NCBI GenBank assembly: GCA_964019425.1
Contig: OZ025787.1
Coordinates: 62,001-126,000, forward strand
Length of the DNA: 64,000 nucleotides
DNA from: Flectonema sp. DT1601
Lineage: Eukaryota
Direction: 5' to 3'
The position numbers and the translations under genes are program-made. The notes beneath the pieces are model-generated. The model had not been told where the DNA came from and ran no database searches. It was given only the letters and a program-made list of their open reading frames with translations. Numbering within the stretch: position 1 is the first letter of the stretch; every line of letters begins with the position of its first letter. This document shows positions 43,933 through 56,056 of this stretch, piece after piece.

Positions 43933-45769
43933 AGTTACTTGCAGTGTAGAAAGACCCTTGTAGAAATGAATAAAAAATAATTTACAGCTCATCGTTTTAT
44001 AACAGTCAACTCACACCTCACCATTTTATAGTACCTGACCTGAGTAGAAAGTAATTTAATGAGCTACTCGTATCTTATACGCGAAAGCAACTTCGCAATT
44101 TTTGATGGCGGGGCAAGGTGAGGGAGTTCGGGGCGTGAGGCAAGTGAAGTCTTTCGACTGGTTTTCCGCCAATACCTGGGCTTTTTTAAGATCAAAATAC
44201 CTTTTCCCCTATTCCATAAGAAAAACAAAAACGGGCAAAAGGAGCTGGGCGTCTGCACACATACAGCGAATGGGAATGCGATCGTTCCAATCGATAAATT
44301 GATTTATAGTATTATAACAACAGTTGCATACATCTGTGTCATTAACCTTACGATTATAAAACACGAACTAACACTTGTTACTTCTTATCGTCATGGTTCA
44401 TCACATAGCTTACGTATCGCAACGTACAATCAGGGCATTCAGTACCCCACACAACCACTATTACTCTCTATAGCATTTTTATTTTACGAACGCAGAACAA
44501 ATGAAAAAAAAAAAAAAAAAAAACAGAAGGGGGAAAGCCAAGAGGGAAGGCAAAAAAAAAAAAAAAAAGTGAAATTTTTGTTCATCTGCAGGCGGATTAC
44601 TTCTATCCGAAAGCAAATAATAATAAAAAAAGAAACCGATCATTATAATATTTTTTTCTTTTTTTTCTGCTTATGCATTTTTTCATAAGTAAGTAATCCA
44701 TTCTAATTTCGTAGGGCGTAAGAGTATTTCATAAGAGTATTTCTCAACAACTTTTTGATGGAAGTAAATTACCGTACGAACAAAACAGCGAAAGGGGTTT
44801 GCAATAATTGCGTTGTGACTTGCTAAGTAATAAATTCAAAAACAATCATCACATTCTACGAACAGATTACTACTTGGATTTTCAATAACTGCACTAAAGG
44901 ATTTGAAATTCCCCAAATGTAATGTCTTGGAAAAAATTAATAATTTTTTTTAAAAAGAAATAAAAAAAGAAGAAGAAGAATTTCGGATATGTACCGGCAC
45001 CTAGTTTTTCAACAAAAGCAGTTTCTGTTAAGCATGTAGAATAATACTTAATAATGGCTCACCCTTGTATGATAATATGAATTATGAAAGAATATGAGGT
45101 TACTATGGGTCGACCGCATGGCATCCAACTAGATAACAAACAAGGTGGTAGAAATATGCTCACAGGAAAAAACCACAGCAGCTACACAGAATTCAGATAT
45201 CATACTTGGCACCCTTTAACAAGTAATGTAAAATTTTGCAACAAGAAAAACAAAACAAAAGTGTACCGACAAGTTAAACTACTCCGACGATGAGAAGTTG
45301 TTATCAATAAGGAAAGAAAAACGTAACTATAGGAACACAATAATAATAATAAAAAAATAGGGCTAATTTCCTATTGAGCTGCAAAAGACCAGAACAAACT
45401 ATCCGTACATTAATACAAAGCAATTGGAACAAGCGATGTGACTGTTACAGATTGTCCCCTTAGACTCTACATAATTTTTTTGTTAAGGAAAAGTAAATAA
45501 CGAGATCAACACTAGTGATCTGTTAGATAAAATGAATAGCGACTTATACTTCCTATTTAGATAAGCTACACAAGCCGAGAATTTGAGAGCTCTCACTCCA
45601 ATAGAATAATACAAGTATGTTAGCAAGTTCAGAATTGATGACTTCAGGGGGTAACCCCGCACCAGTGGTGAACTCAATTTTATTGTAGCTTCGGCTGGAA
45701 GGATCAACTCCCAGCTGTCCACCTTGACCAGAGATTTGAACCAACAACTTGAAAAAAAAAAAAAATCAT

Positions 45770-45800
<31 letters not shown>

Positions 45801-48800
45801 GATAATAGATTTTACTTATAAAACTTTTCTTCGTGAAATAATCACTATGAGTCTACACTGAAATAAAATAAAAAAAAAATAAAAAAAATCCGAAAAAAAC
45901 GACCAGGCCCTTCACCCTTAACTGAACTAAGTAATAATATTATAAGGGGCTTACCGAAGCCCGTAAGAAATAGAATCAAAAAGAAGCTCGGATGAGACAG
46001 TAAGTTTTAAGTCGTAGCTGCTCCGGACCCACGATGCCAACCTAAAGTTAGCTACACAAAAAAGAAATTATTTATCGTTAAAAATATATAAGAATAAATT
46101 TAAAAAAAAAAAAAAAAAAAGCCGGGTGATAATTAGAAATAAAAATAAAAAGAAACTATCGCTACACACAGAAAAGACAATCGACAACACCGAAAAGTCG
46201 TTGTTGTCGATGGGCTTTGGCGATGATAAGTTTAAAAAAAAAAAACTAGAAAGGAACAAAAATCGCTCTGCGTCCACAGTACGAAAATGCAAATAACTTT
46301 CCCAACGGTGCCTTTTGCTTATCTTTTTGATACAGAGAGAAAGGAAAGAAAAAGAAGAAAAAAAAAAAGAAACCAAATCTTCCATTTATTACTTTCACTC
46401 ACCGACTACGATATCCTGCATACCTTTAATAGCGTAACGGTGTGAACTCTTATCTCATCAGATGGTGCCTACCAAATTAAGGCAACATTCAAAACAGTGG
46501 ATTTGGTTGATTTCTTTTTTTTTTTTTTTTTTAGTCACTGCTATCTCGAGAAAGCAAATGGTTGATCGAATAGCGATCCAGAAAAGAAAAAAATAAATAG
46601 GAAAAAAAAGAAGGGGGTGAAAAGAATCGTTATTAAGATAAGAAAAGAAAGAAAAAAGAAAACCAGTTAAATCTCAAGAACTGAACCAAAATAATATAGC
46701 CTCTCACCATTTTTTTTTTTTTTTTAATTTTTTTTTGCAATTGGGTATAACAACCTTAACACTACCAAGATCAAATATCAATCTACAACATGAGCACAAA
46801 AGCATGATATCTCTGCATGCTGAAGAAGGCCAAGATCGTAGGTGGCAACAAATCAAATTCGAACGGGGTCCACAACCGAAATAGTCCTTTATAAAATCCC
46901 ATTCTAAGTAATAAATTATGCTTTAGATAATATTACAAAATATTGAGATCCTTACAATCAATCTCAAAAAGAAGTACAAGGTTTATATATCAAGCAGTGT
47001 GTTACGTTTTAGTTTCTAAGTATAAGAATACTCACATTGCAATGATGTACAAAAATCAACATAGCAGATATAAATCCAGCTATTCACATGAGAATACTGT
47101 GACATGCTTCGTAGAGCAAACCTGTCCGGGGGGGCACAGATAGTTCTGTGGGAAAGAGCATCGATCCGGTCTACTTTAAAAAAGCATTTGAAAAGAAATA
47201 AGGAAACAAAAAAAAAAATATTATAATGTAAAAAATGTAAGTGTCGAAAAAGAATAAATAATTTAAATTAAAAAATAAAAAATAAAAAGTAGTCACAGTT
47301 GCTACAATCTAGAATTCATACATCATTCCAGGTATATTCATCTCCACGGCAGGTATTTCCAACTAGGCCATGTGAGACTACGAGCTACGACTCTACTTTA
47401 AATAAAAAACGGAAAAGAATAAGAAATAAAACTTCTGATAAAGCTATCATTTGTTTGTTTGTTTGATTTCTTTTTTTTTTTTTTTGCTGAATATTTCTTC
47501 TCTCGGAACATTGCATCGATGTCTCGCCAGAGGCAAGAGAATTCTACTTATGCAAAGCATGAGAGCATCAAACTGTTTACAGCCAACAAGGTGTAGCACA
47601 TGAAATGCTTCGTAAATTGCGGTGCTTTAATTTTTTCACGTTCCATGTACTGACCTTAATCGTTTAAAAAGAAGAATATCTCACAACAGGAGGAAATACT
47701 TAAGTGCAAATGTGATGTTTTTTTAAAGCTTGTTTTGTTTGAAGTAAGTAAAGAGAAGTCAAACTGCAGTAACAACTCACAACAGGTACGAGACCTACCG
47801 CGTAGTGAGTCAGCTGACCAGTAAAGACGTGAATCTACTTTGAAGCACTCACCGCCTAAAACGGATTCCAGTATTTTTGCTATCGCTCTACTTTTCAAGG
47901 GAAAGTTATAAAAGACAAAAAGTAAATAAATAGTAACAAGGATTGCTTGAAGCAATAACTTATTAATAACACAAACAAACAAAACAAAACTGAGAGGGGA
48001 AAAAAAAAAAAAAAAAAACGTCCAACGCTACTAATGAGGTTGTTTTCGTCTTTTTTTCTTCTTTTTTTTCTTCCCTTTTCAATCAGCTCTGCCATGAAAC
48101 AAGAATTGAACAAAAAATATGATAATTAGTTTCCTGGTCCACTGTACCGGAAAGTGTATGATTTCTTTATGTCTGCTGATTCATCAAGTAACGAAGAAAG
48201 ATAGGGAAAAAAAGAATGAAAAAATCTGAAAACCAAGGAACCCAAAAACGACAACAGAAATAAAAGGGAGCAAATAATTATGAGAGGGCTTTTGGGATTT
48301 GTGTGCGTCTTTTAATGTAAAAGAAATAAAACAGTATCTTCCGTTGCTTTGTGTCACTGTAAGGTAAATAATCATATTTCTTTTTTATTTTCTAAGCCAA
48401 AAGCCAAACTATTGATTGATTGGTATAACATAACAAGCTTAAAACCCGACCATGAAGTACAAGTTTTTTTTTAATGTTTAATTGAAACCCTAACTCTGCG
48501 CTACGTTTTGCCAATCACGATAAAACATAGGAGAGCAGCGTCCGTAATTGTTACTTTCCTGTCCAACACCACTAAGAAAAGAGCGGTTTATTGCTTCTCA
48601 CCACAAGACTGAATGTCTATAGAAGCAGTGATGCAACATACCGATGTTGCCATTGTTTGTTTGGTTCAGTTCACACATATAATTAATCGTAGATATATAT
48701 AGAAACTACAATAACAATAAGGGAAGGGTGGAACAAACGTAATTATTACTTCCAACTGAGTCGTTCAATAATAATTTATTTCCTTGATTTTATTGAATTT

Positions 48801-51800
48801 TATCCTTTTTACTTTCCTTTCGTTTCATTTCTTTCTTTTTTAAAAACTTTTCTACCGAACTGTTCTTTAATTAAAAGGCAGAAACTGTGCAGCGGCTCAT
48901 GATGGGCTGGGTAATACCCAGCCGTCATTTTTTTCAGTTGCACCACTTCAGTCAGCTTTATTGCTTATAGGTGTATTTAATGATATCCGCCTTCTTTAGT
49001 TCAAGAACAAAGAAGATTATGTATGGGGAGGGTAAAAAGAATTAATATTAAAGAAAAGAACATTCTCCCCTTTGCAGTCAAAACCGATACAAAATATCCG
49101 ATTAAATAATTACTTGCAACAGAGGGTGGTCTTTACAGAAACGAATGGGAAGGAATCAACAGGTGAAAAAGTCTTCTAGTAACAAACAGAAAGCGATGAA
49201 CACAACTAAAGTCTCAACGTCCACGTGCAGCAAATAAGTGACGCTGACTGGTGTAAGCGAATCGGTCACTTCTTTTCTGCAGTTCCTAACACACAGTAAT
49301 GCTTCACTGGCTAAAATAAATTTCTTTTCTTTTTTTCCCAGTGGCTAAAAAAAGGTTTTGTTATCTCGCAAATTGATTTAAATTTTTTATTCGTCTCCCT
49401 CCCCCCCCCCTTTTCCTTGGTACTCTCATCTTACGATCCCACGTTTATCATTAAAGACATGTAGTAGAAGAGACATTACTAGAAAACTATTCATCACTCC
49501 TGAGGATGAACCCTCTTTTGCTTAAGAGGAGCAGTGATGGTAGTGGTGTGACGATTGTTTTCAAGTCCAGCAGTCTCAAGGTTTCCCAAAAAAGAAAAAA
49601 AGTAAGAAAAGGGAATCTGAGATACCGACGAATATTTATTATTTATTTCATTTTGTTGTAATGGTGGTATTCATTGTACCGAATAAAAAAGAAGAAAAAA
49701 AAAACACAATTTGACAATTTAACGAAGTAAGTCTGATTAAATGGATTGAGGCCACAAATCTGAAAAAAAAACATAAAAAGAGGCGGCAGTTGAAAAGAAG
49801 TACTTATGCACACCCAAAAGTAAGTATTCCGTTTCTTACAACACAGAGAACTAAACGACACATTTAAGGAGGTTTTTTTTTTTTTACTTATTCATCATTT
49901 TTTCCACTACTAACACTTGCAATTATTTTGCACCAACCATCAAAGGCAGGAAGCAAAGTCTCCAGGTACCTCGCACTATATAGGATTTTGTACCGCGGAC
50001 TCGCTACGATATACTCGGAGCAGAGCCTTCTCAGGAGAAAAGATCCAAAAACTTTTTTTTTTTTTGCGTTGTTGTTGTTATTAATGCTGTCACAACAACA
50101 AAAGGCCAAGACATTTATCTATCAACCGACTACTCGCAAAAAATAGGAAAGCGTTCAGTAAAAAGAATTGGCTTTAACTTCAACTACACAGAAAATAATG
50201 ATATAACACTGTGATTTTTTGTTTGTGCACGAAACCGTGAACCGACTTAAACTGATAAAGCTAAAGGAGATTTACGTGTGCTGCCAACATTCTTTTTCGT
50301 TCTTACAATACTTGTTAAATGCAAAAAAAAACTTTTAATTTCCCCATTACGGCGGTACAATGGTTAGTAAATTAAAAAAGTTTCTGCACAATCGCAACAA
50401 AAGAGTCATCGCACTTCAATTCCTAGCAACATCACTAGGCAAGCAATTGGTAAATTGCAAGACACCGAAACAGAGCACTTACCAACAAGACTGTATTTAT
50501 GTATGCGGAATGATGAGCTTTTTTTCCCCAAGAGAAGGGGCTGAACTGCACCCCTCCCTAAACGGGCGGAATCTGACATTTAAAGAAAGTAAACAGAAAA
50601 CAATAATGGAACGGAGAAAATGGAAAAAAAAAAAATCGCAATATTTTCTTTGTTAAACAACAAATAGACTGATTGTTTCTTTTGAATTACTGGAACAGGG
50701 AATAAGTGTCTCCGTTAACTCCCTGCAATAATATCAGTAGAGATGTATGCAAAAGTGTCTAAAGCGTATCCAATATCAAAGAAGGAAGAAAAAGAAAGGG
50801 AAAAAAAAGAGGATTGAAAGGAGCTGCAGCACTAACAACACATTTCTACAAAAAGGGTTATTTTTTTTTGGCTGCCTCCACGACCAATAAAAAAACTTGC
50901 TATTAAAAAAAAAAAAGGGATACAATGGATTGGCAAGTTTGCTTACTTGAATTGTTGTATTGAGAAGGTTTTTTTTTTTTCTCCGAAAAAAAAAGAGAAA
51001 AATAAATTTCTCTTCTTACTGCTTAAAAAGAGGTATTTAAGTAACGCTAGTAACAAATATTCCAATCGCATCAGACGGCTATTAGTTCGACAGGCTCCGC
51101 GATTCGAAGCATTTTAAGTTTTTGTCGTAACATTTTCAGCGATTTTTTTTTTTTTTGCTAATAATTTTTTTTTCACAAAAGTTGACTAAGAAAAGCCAAG
51201 AGGATCGACGCAAAAAAGGACAATAAATAATACTTACACTAGCAAGTAGTGTCGACCTATGGTCGACGATGTTCTCAAATAATCTCCGGCGCTAGTGATG
51301 TTCTGATCATCACTCGCTGTGAGAATATTCAATTTTTGATTGCAAAGAAACGAAAAGAAGTTCCGTAAACAGGATTTCAACGGAAGGAATTTCAGAAGTT
51401 CAAAAACAAAACAAAAAAAATAAATGTAAACAACCCCTTGATGTTAGTTATATTGATGTACGGGGTAACTGAATTGTTACGTAAAAAAAAAAGGAATTTG
51501 ATTTCTTTGGGACATGGAAGGATACCTTTTTCTACAGATTTCTACGGAATATAAAAAATCGCTTATTGTCTGCTGTTTTTTTCCTTTTCCTTTTCTTTTT
51601 TTTTTTTTTTTTTTTAAAAACTACGATACATACACAAGTGGGAGAATGGGATAAAAAAATATAAAAAATCACCTTATCAAGTTGCAATGTCTGGTGATCG
51701 CTTATTCTAAGTTGCAATTTATTATTTTTTTATTTTTTCATTAGTGTTTTTTTAAGAAGCATTTTTGTAACGAATAGTCACTCAAGAAAAAAAAAAAAAA

Positions 51801-53241
51801 AAAAAAGGTGAGCTCTCTAAAACTAGATCAAAATCAATAAAAGAATTCTTTTTTTTGTTCTTTTCTAAGGAACAGGAAGATGTACGGGGGCTGAGAAACT
51901 GGTAAAAGAAAAATTATAAAAAAAATAACTTCTTTGTCTTGTTGACGCACTGCGACAAAGAGTCAGGGAGAACAGGTAAAAAAAAAAAAAAGAAAATAAG
52001 CAAATGCGAAGAACGAATGACTTTAGGGCTACAGCAAGCCTGATAAAAAGCATGTTTTTTAATCCAGCCAGGTAACTGACACTCCTTAAATCATAAAAAA
52101 ACGATTTAAAAAAAAAAAAAAAAAAACAGGGAACTAAAATATAAGTCTACCATGGAAAAAAAACATGGGGAAAAAAAACAAAAAAAAATCATCGCAGTCG
52201 CCTGCAACCACAAAATCGCTGATTTTGTTCTTCCCTTACCGTTATAGTAAATCAACGCAGGAATAACAGATGGCTAGGAATAATTGTCAAAAGCAAATCA
52301 GTAAGAATAAATACACAGGGGATACGTTTGGTTCTGAGTAAAGAACACGGAGAATACCCAAACAAAAAAATTGATAAACACCCCGGTACCAACTTACTGA
52401 TTAAAAGTAAATAAACGCAATTTGAAGAGAAGTTATTTTGTAACAATGAGACAGCTACAATTTTTTTTTTTTTTTTTTTTTGATTGGGTAAGCTGCTAAG
52501 CAATAGAGAGACAAAAAATAACGACGAAAAAAAAGAAAACTCACGAAGTCGCATGTATGCTTCCATCCAAAGGTTTCATTATGCTCTTTAGCATAATTTT
52601 GAAAAAGCACATCTAGTTCCGCATATATTATGTCAAAAAAATAGGACAGTATTGCAGTTAACTCGCGTTGCTCTACTTCCTTTGTTCTTGTTATCCATCC
52701 ACATTAGTTGTCAGGAAGCTGACGTAAATAGAGCGCAAGAGGGAGAAAAATGAAAAAAAAAAAAAAATAGAAAGAAACCTCACAATCAATCCTTCTTTAC
52801 TGTTACTTTCCCTCCTTTTTATTTTTTGCATTGAAAATATTGACAAATTATTGAAGGCAAAGTAACTGAAGAGACATTCTCTTCTTTTTTTTAAATTTTT
52901 TTTTTTTTCAATTTTCAGAATAAAATGGTTCAAATAAAAAATAAAAAAAAAGGGTGGGGGACGGGAAAAAAAGGAGAAGTACTGAATGGTAAAGCTGCCT
53001 GACGTATCATGCAACATTAAGTAAATAAATTCCTTGCAATAAACATCGAAAGTTCAGACGTGAAACCGCGGATGGCATATGCAAGGATACCTCATTCCTT
53101 TAAAAAAAAAAAAAAAAAAAAAAACGAAAAGGAAAAGGAAAAGGAATAAAATAAAAAAGGGGAGAGGACCAGTACCAAAACAACTTATTAAAAAACCAAT
53201 CCGTAATTTAAAGAAGTGAAATTGTTGATAAAGTAAAGGAA

Positions 53242-54591
53242 CTAAATTCCACAATCAGAGTTGTGTGATTTCACTGAGGACCTTCTTGGTGATTTAGATA
53301 ATTTCCTAAGAAGAGATCTAACAGAGAATGCGATGAATAAGAAGGCTACAACAGTAGCGGTAAGAGCTGTACAGACGAATCCAAGATTAACACCTTCCTG
53401 TTCATCCATTATACAAGTTCCTTCATAACAAGCAAAGCCAACATGACAATCGCTATCAACATTACATTGAACTCCAGACGTCGATGATCCTGCAGCAGTG
53501 TTCGCTACAGTTGGAACGTGACTGTCAATGGTTCTTGTCCAGTCAAATCCAGCAACTGAGGAAGCCTTTTTAATACAAAGAACACCTCCTTCTTTAGTAT
53601 CTCTCACCTTCTCTGAATGTTCATAACACTCTAATGCAGAGCATTGTTCAATCTTTCCAATTAACATCAAAACCGTCTTCGCGGCGTTTGATACATAACA
53701 TGAAGTAGTCTTAGCACCAGTAGTGACGATGCTTACTTTATTAGTAACAGTAAGACCAAGTGCAGCTCCTAAGTGAGCTTTTACTTGAAGAGCATTTCTA
53801 ATCTTTTGGCTGATAGTTGGAAGGGTGAGAGAAATATCGTCAGCCTCTAACTCTAATTCAACAGCTATGTGAACAGATGATCCACCAACAATACTGGTGT
53901 GAGAAAGAATCCTTCTTCCCATAAATACTTCCGACACTGCCTCAGCAACGTCAGAATCGAAGAAGTCGCTTGATCTCAAGTAGGACTCCTTGCTTGCTCT
54001 GTCAAAGTGAGACATAATAATAGTTGGTACCTTTGGGATTGATGCTTTGTCTTCTTTAACTGATCTACAGAGGTATTGAATAACTCCTTTAATTTGTTTA
54101 TGTTCGAATCCCTTTGAGCAATCACATTGCCAGGTACGTCTGTTACAGATTGCTGTGGAGTCTCCGAACGTTCTGCATTCGAAATCAGTTGTGCACCATG
54201 CGACAGACTCGGCAACAACACCAGGTAGTGCAGGTGCCAAAGAAACACTACTGGTGTTTCTTGTAGTTGGTTGTTCGATATAAACAGGTGACTCCGCGTC
54301 TAAGTCTTGAGAATCAGTAGAGTTCGATACGAGGCAAGTAGTCGCTCCGATATTTGGAGTCATATCCGCCTTCTGTGCGCCTACCATCATACACTTCCCT
54401 TCATTTTCTAAAGGGAGGTATGAAATCACTTGACATCCTACTGAACCTAAACAGAACTTCTGACATTCCTCAACAGACTCGGCAGGTTTTACATTCGCCG
54501 TGATCCAGTCACGTGCTCCCAGCACCTGATCATCTTCGCAGGACCAAATGAAAGACGAGGAAGAAGCCAATAATAAGGTGGCGATCATCAT
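53242..54591 (-). CDS. Type I membrane protein with PAN/apple-like and EGF-like Cys-rich modules, 449 aa
   Basis: Signal-like N-terminus, ECQKFCLGSVGCQVISY (apple-like), CTTDFEC...CDCSKGF, CNVDSDCHVGFACYEGTC, and a C-terminal TM followed by a basic tail. Confidence 0.8.
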   Translation of the reverse strand: MMIATLLLASSSSFIWSCEDDQVLGARDWITANVKPAESVEECQKFCLGSVGCQVISYLPLENEGKCMMVGAQKADMTPNIGATTCLVSNSTDSQDLDAESPVYIEQPTTRNTSSVSLAPALPGVVAESVAWCTTDFECRTFGDSTAICNRRTWQCDCSKGFEHKQIKGVIQYLCRSVKEDKASIPKVPTIIMSHFDRASKESYLRSSDFFDSDVAEAVSEVFMGRRILSHTSIVGGSSVHIAVELELEADDISLTLPTISQKIRNALQVKAHLGAALGLTVTNKVSIVTTGAKTTSCYVSNAAKTVLMLIGKIEQCSALECYEHSEKVRDTKEGGVLCIKKASSVAGFDWTRTIDSHVPTVANTAAGSSTSGVQCNVDSDCHVGFACYEGTCIMDEQEGVNLGFVCTALTATVVAFLFIAFSVRSLLRKLSKSPRRSSVKSHNSDCGI

Positions 54592-54797
54592 TTTGATGTG
54601 TTGTGTGTGTGTGTGGTATCTGTTTGAGAGGAAGTATTTAAAATAATATAATTCATCGAATAATTTAGATCACTTTGAGAACCCGTAGAGGTCGTTACTT
54701 ACAACTGCGAAGATAGTGTTGTCAGCAGAGTAGATTGATTGGAATTAAAATTATAAATACCGTCAGATGCGAGCCTTTGAAAACCACCTAAGCTTTG

Positions 54798-55664
54798 CTA
54801 GACGGGTTCAGCACGTCTTGACGCCATCAGAGAAATAAATCGATCAGCGCAACGGAACCAGGGCAGGTAAACATTTCGTCTTTGGTAAAGTGATGAAGCA
54901 ATCTTTTGCGCACTCTTCAAAGTATCGGACTCAGTACCAATTACAGTAGTTACGAAAATGTTCTTTTGTTTATCTTTTAGGATTTCTGATCGGATTGCCT
55001 CCACCATGGCGTATGTAAATGTTGCTGCAGCCTCTTCAAGAGGTGATGATCCAGGTTTGGGAAAGTTTTTAATAACAACAACAACAAACTGAGGATGGCT
55101 TGAGGAACACAATTTTATAAATGACTGAACTATTTTAAAATTAAAGTACTGCTCGATGTCGACCGAGCTGGCATTTTTCCAATCTTGACAACCTACAGGA
55201 ATATCAACCAAGACGACGAGCCCAAGACAGCCTTCTAATCCGCCAGTTGGGGATACAAAGGTAACAGGTTGGTTAATGTGGGGTGTTAGTTTCTTGTTAA
55301 TTTCTGATTTTAAATTGCCAACTAGTTCTCCGTCACCATCCATCATGATACGAACTGATTGAGAAGGCAGCTGTCTTAGAGCCCAATACTGAATCCATTT
55401 TCCCCAAAGAAAATCCCCAACAATCACAAAACAAAGCAAACAAACACCCGCAAGTAATAAATACACAAAAAAAGTACTTGTGAACAGCGCAGCATTAACC
55501 GACAGAATGATTGCTGCTGCTGTCTTGTCGATTTTCCAACTAGAAACCCATGCTAACAATATTAAGCTTACTGCTGCGATTGTACCAGTCAGTGGTACGG
55601 TTGCTACATACAATACAGGGAGAACCGCAAAGCAGTATTCAGCTGCAATTGGAAGCGACGACAT
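54798..55664 (-). CDS. Membrane protein with a degenerate short-chain-dehydrogenase-like C-terminal domain
   Basis: Three hydrophobic N-terminal segments, then EAIRSEI...NIFVTTV...SAQKIASSL...VYLPW, reminiscent of an SDR C-terminus. No clear GxxxGxG or YxxxK. Confidence 0.6.
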   Translation of the reverse strand: MSSLPIAAEYCFAVLPVLYVATVPLTGTIAAVSLILLAWVSSWKIDKTAAAIILSVNAALFTSTFFVYLLLAGVCLLCFVIVGDFLWGKWIQYWALRQLPSQSVRIMMDGDGELVGNLKSEINKKLTPHINQPVTFVSPTGGLEGCLGLVVLVDIPVGCQDWKNASSVDIEQYFNFKIVQSFIKLCSSSHPQFVVVVIKNFPKPGSSPLEEAAATFTYAMVEAIRSEILKDKQKNIFVTTVIGTESDTLKSAQKIASSLYQRRNVYLPWFRCADRFISLMASRRAEPV

Positions 55665-56056
55665 CACCACAGATCTTATTATATTATTCCTATGAGGGGA
55701 ATTATATTAAACTTTGAAAGGATAAATTAAAAAGACTCATCATGAATCACTTCCAGATAGAAGGTAGAGTGAGTTCAGTGAAAACGAACGATTGCAAAAA
55801 ATGAAAAAAATGAAAAGAAAAAAAGAAATCAGATCTGCATTATTACTAATAACCAGATGAATTAAATAACAAAAAAAAAAAATAAAAAAAAAATAAAAAA
55901 AAAAATTAAAAAAAAAATAGTTACAGAGACTCTCCCACTCTTTTTTTTGTTTTGCTAAATAACCTGTAAATGGTTTCATGATTGGGTCTACTGAAAAAGA
56001 TTTATAGTATTGGCTCTCCTCCTTTACTTCCAAAACCACACAAAAGACAACTAATC

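Noticed and set aside
46850..46875. GTTCGAA T-loop/B-box-like motif on the minus strand
   Set aside because: No T-arm stem or cloverleaf around it; no tRNA was found in the window.
44064..53254. Phe/Lys-rich short ORFs in the gene-poor region
   Set aside because: Their composition is dictated by poly(T)/poly(A) tracts.
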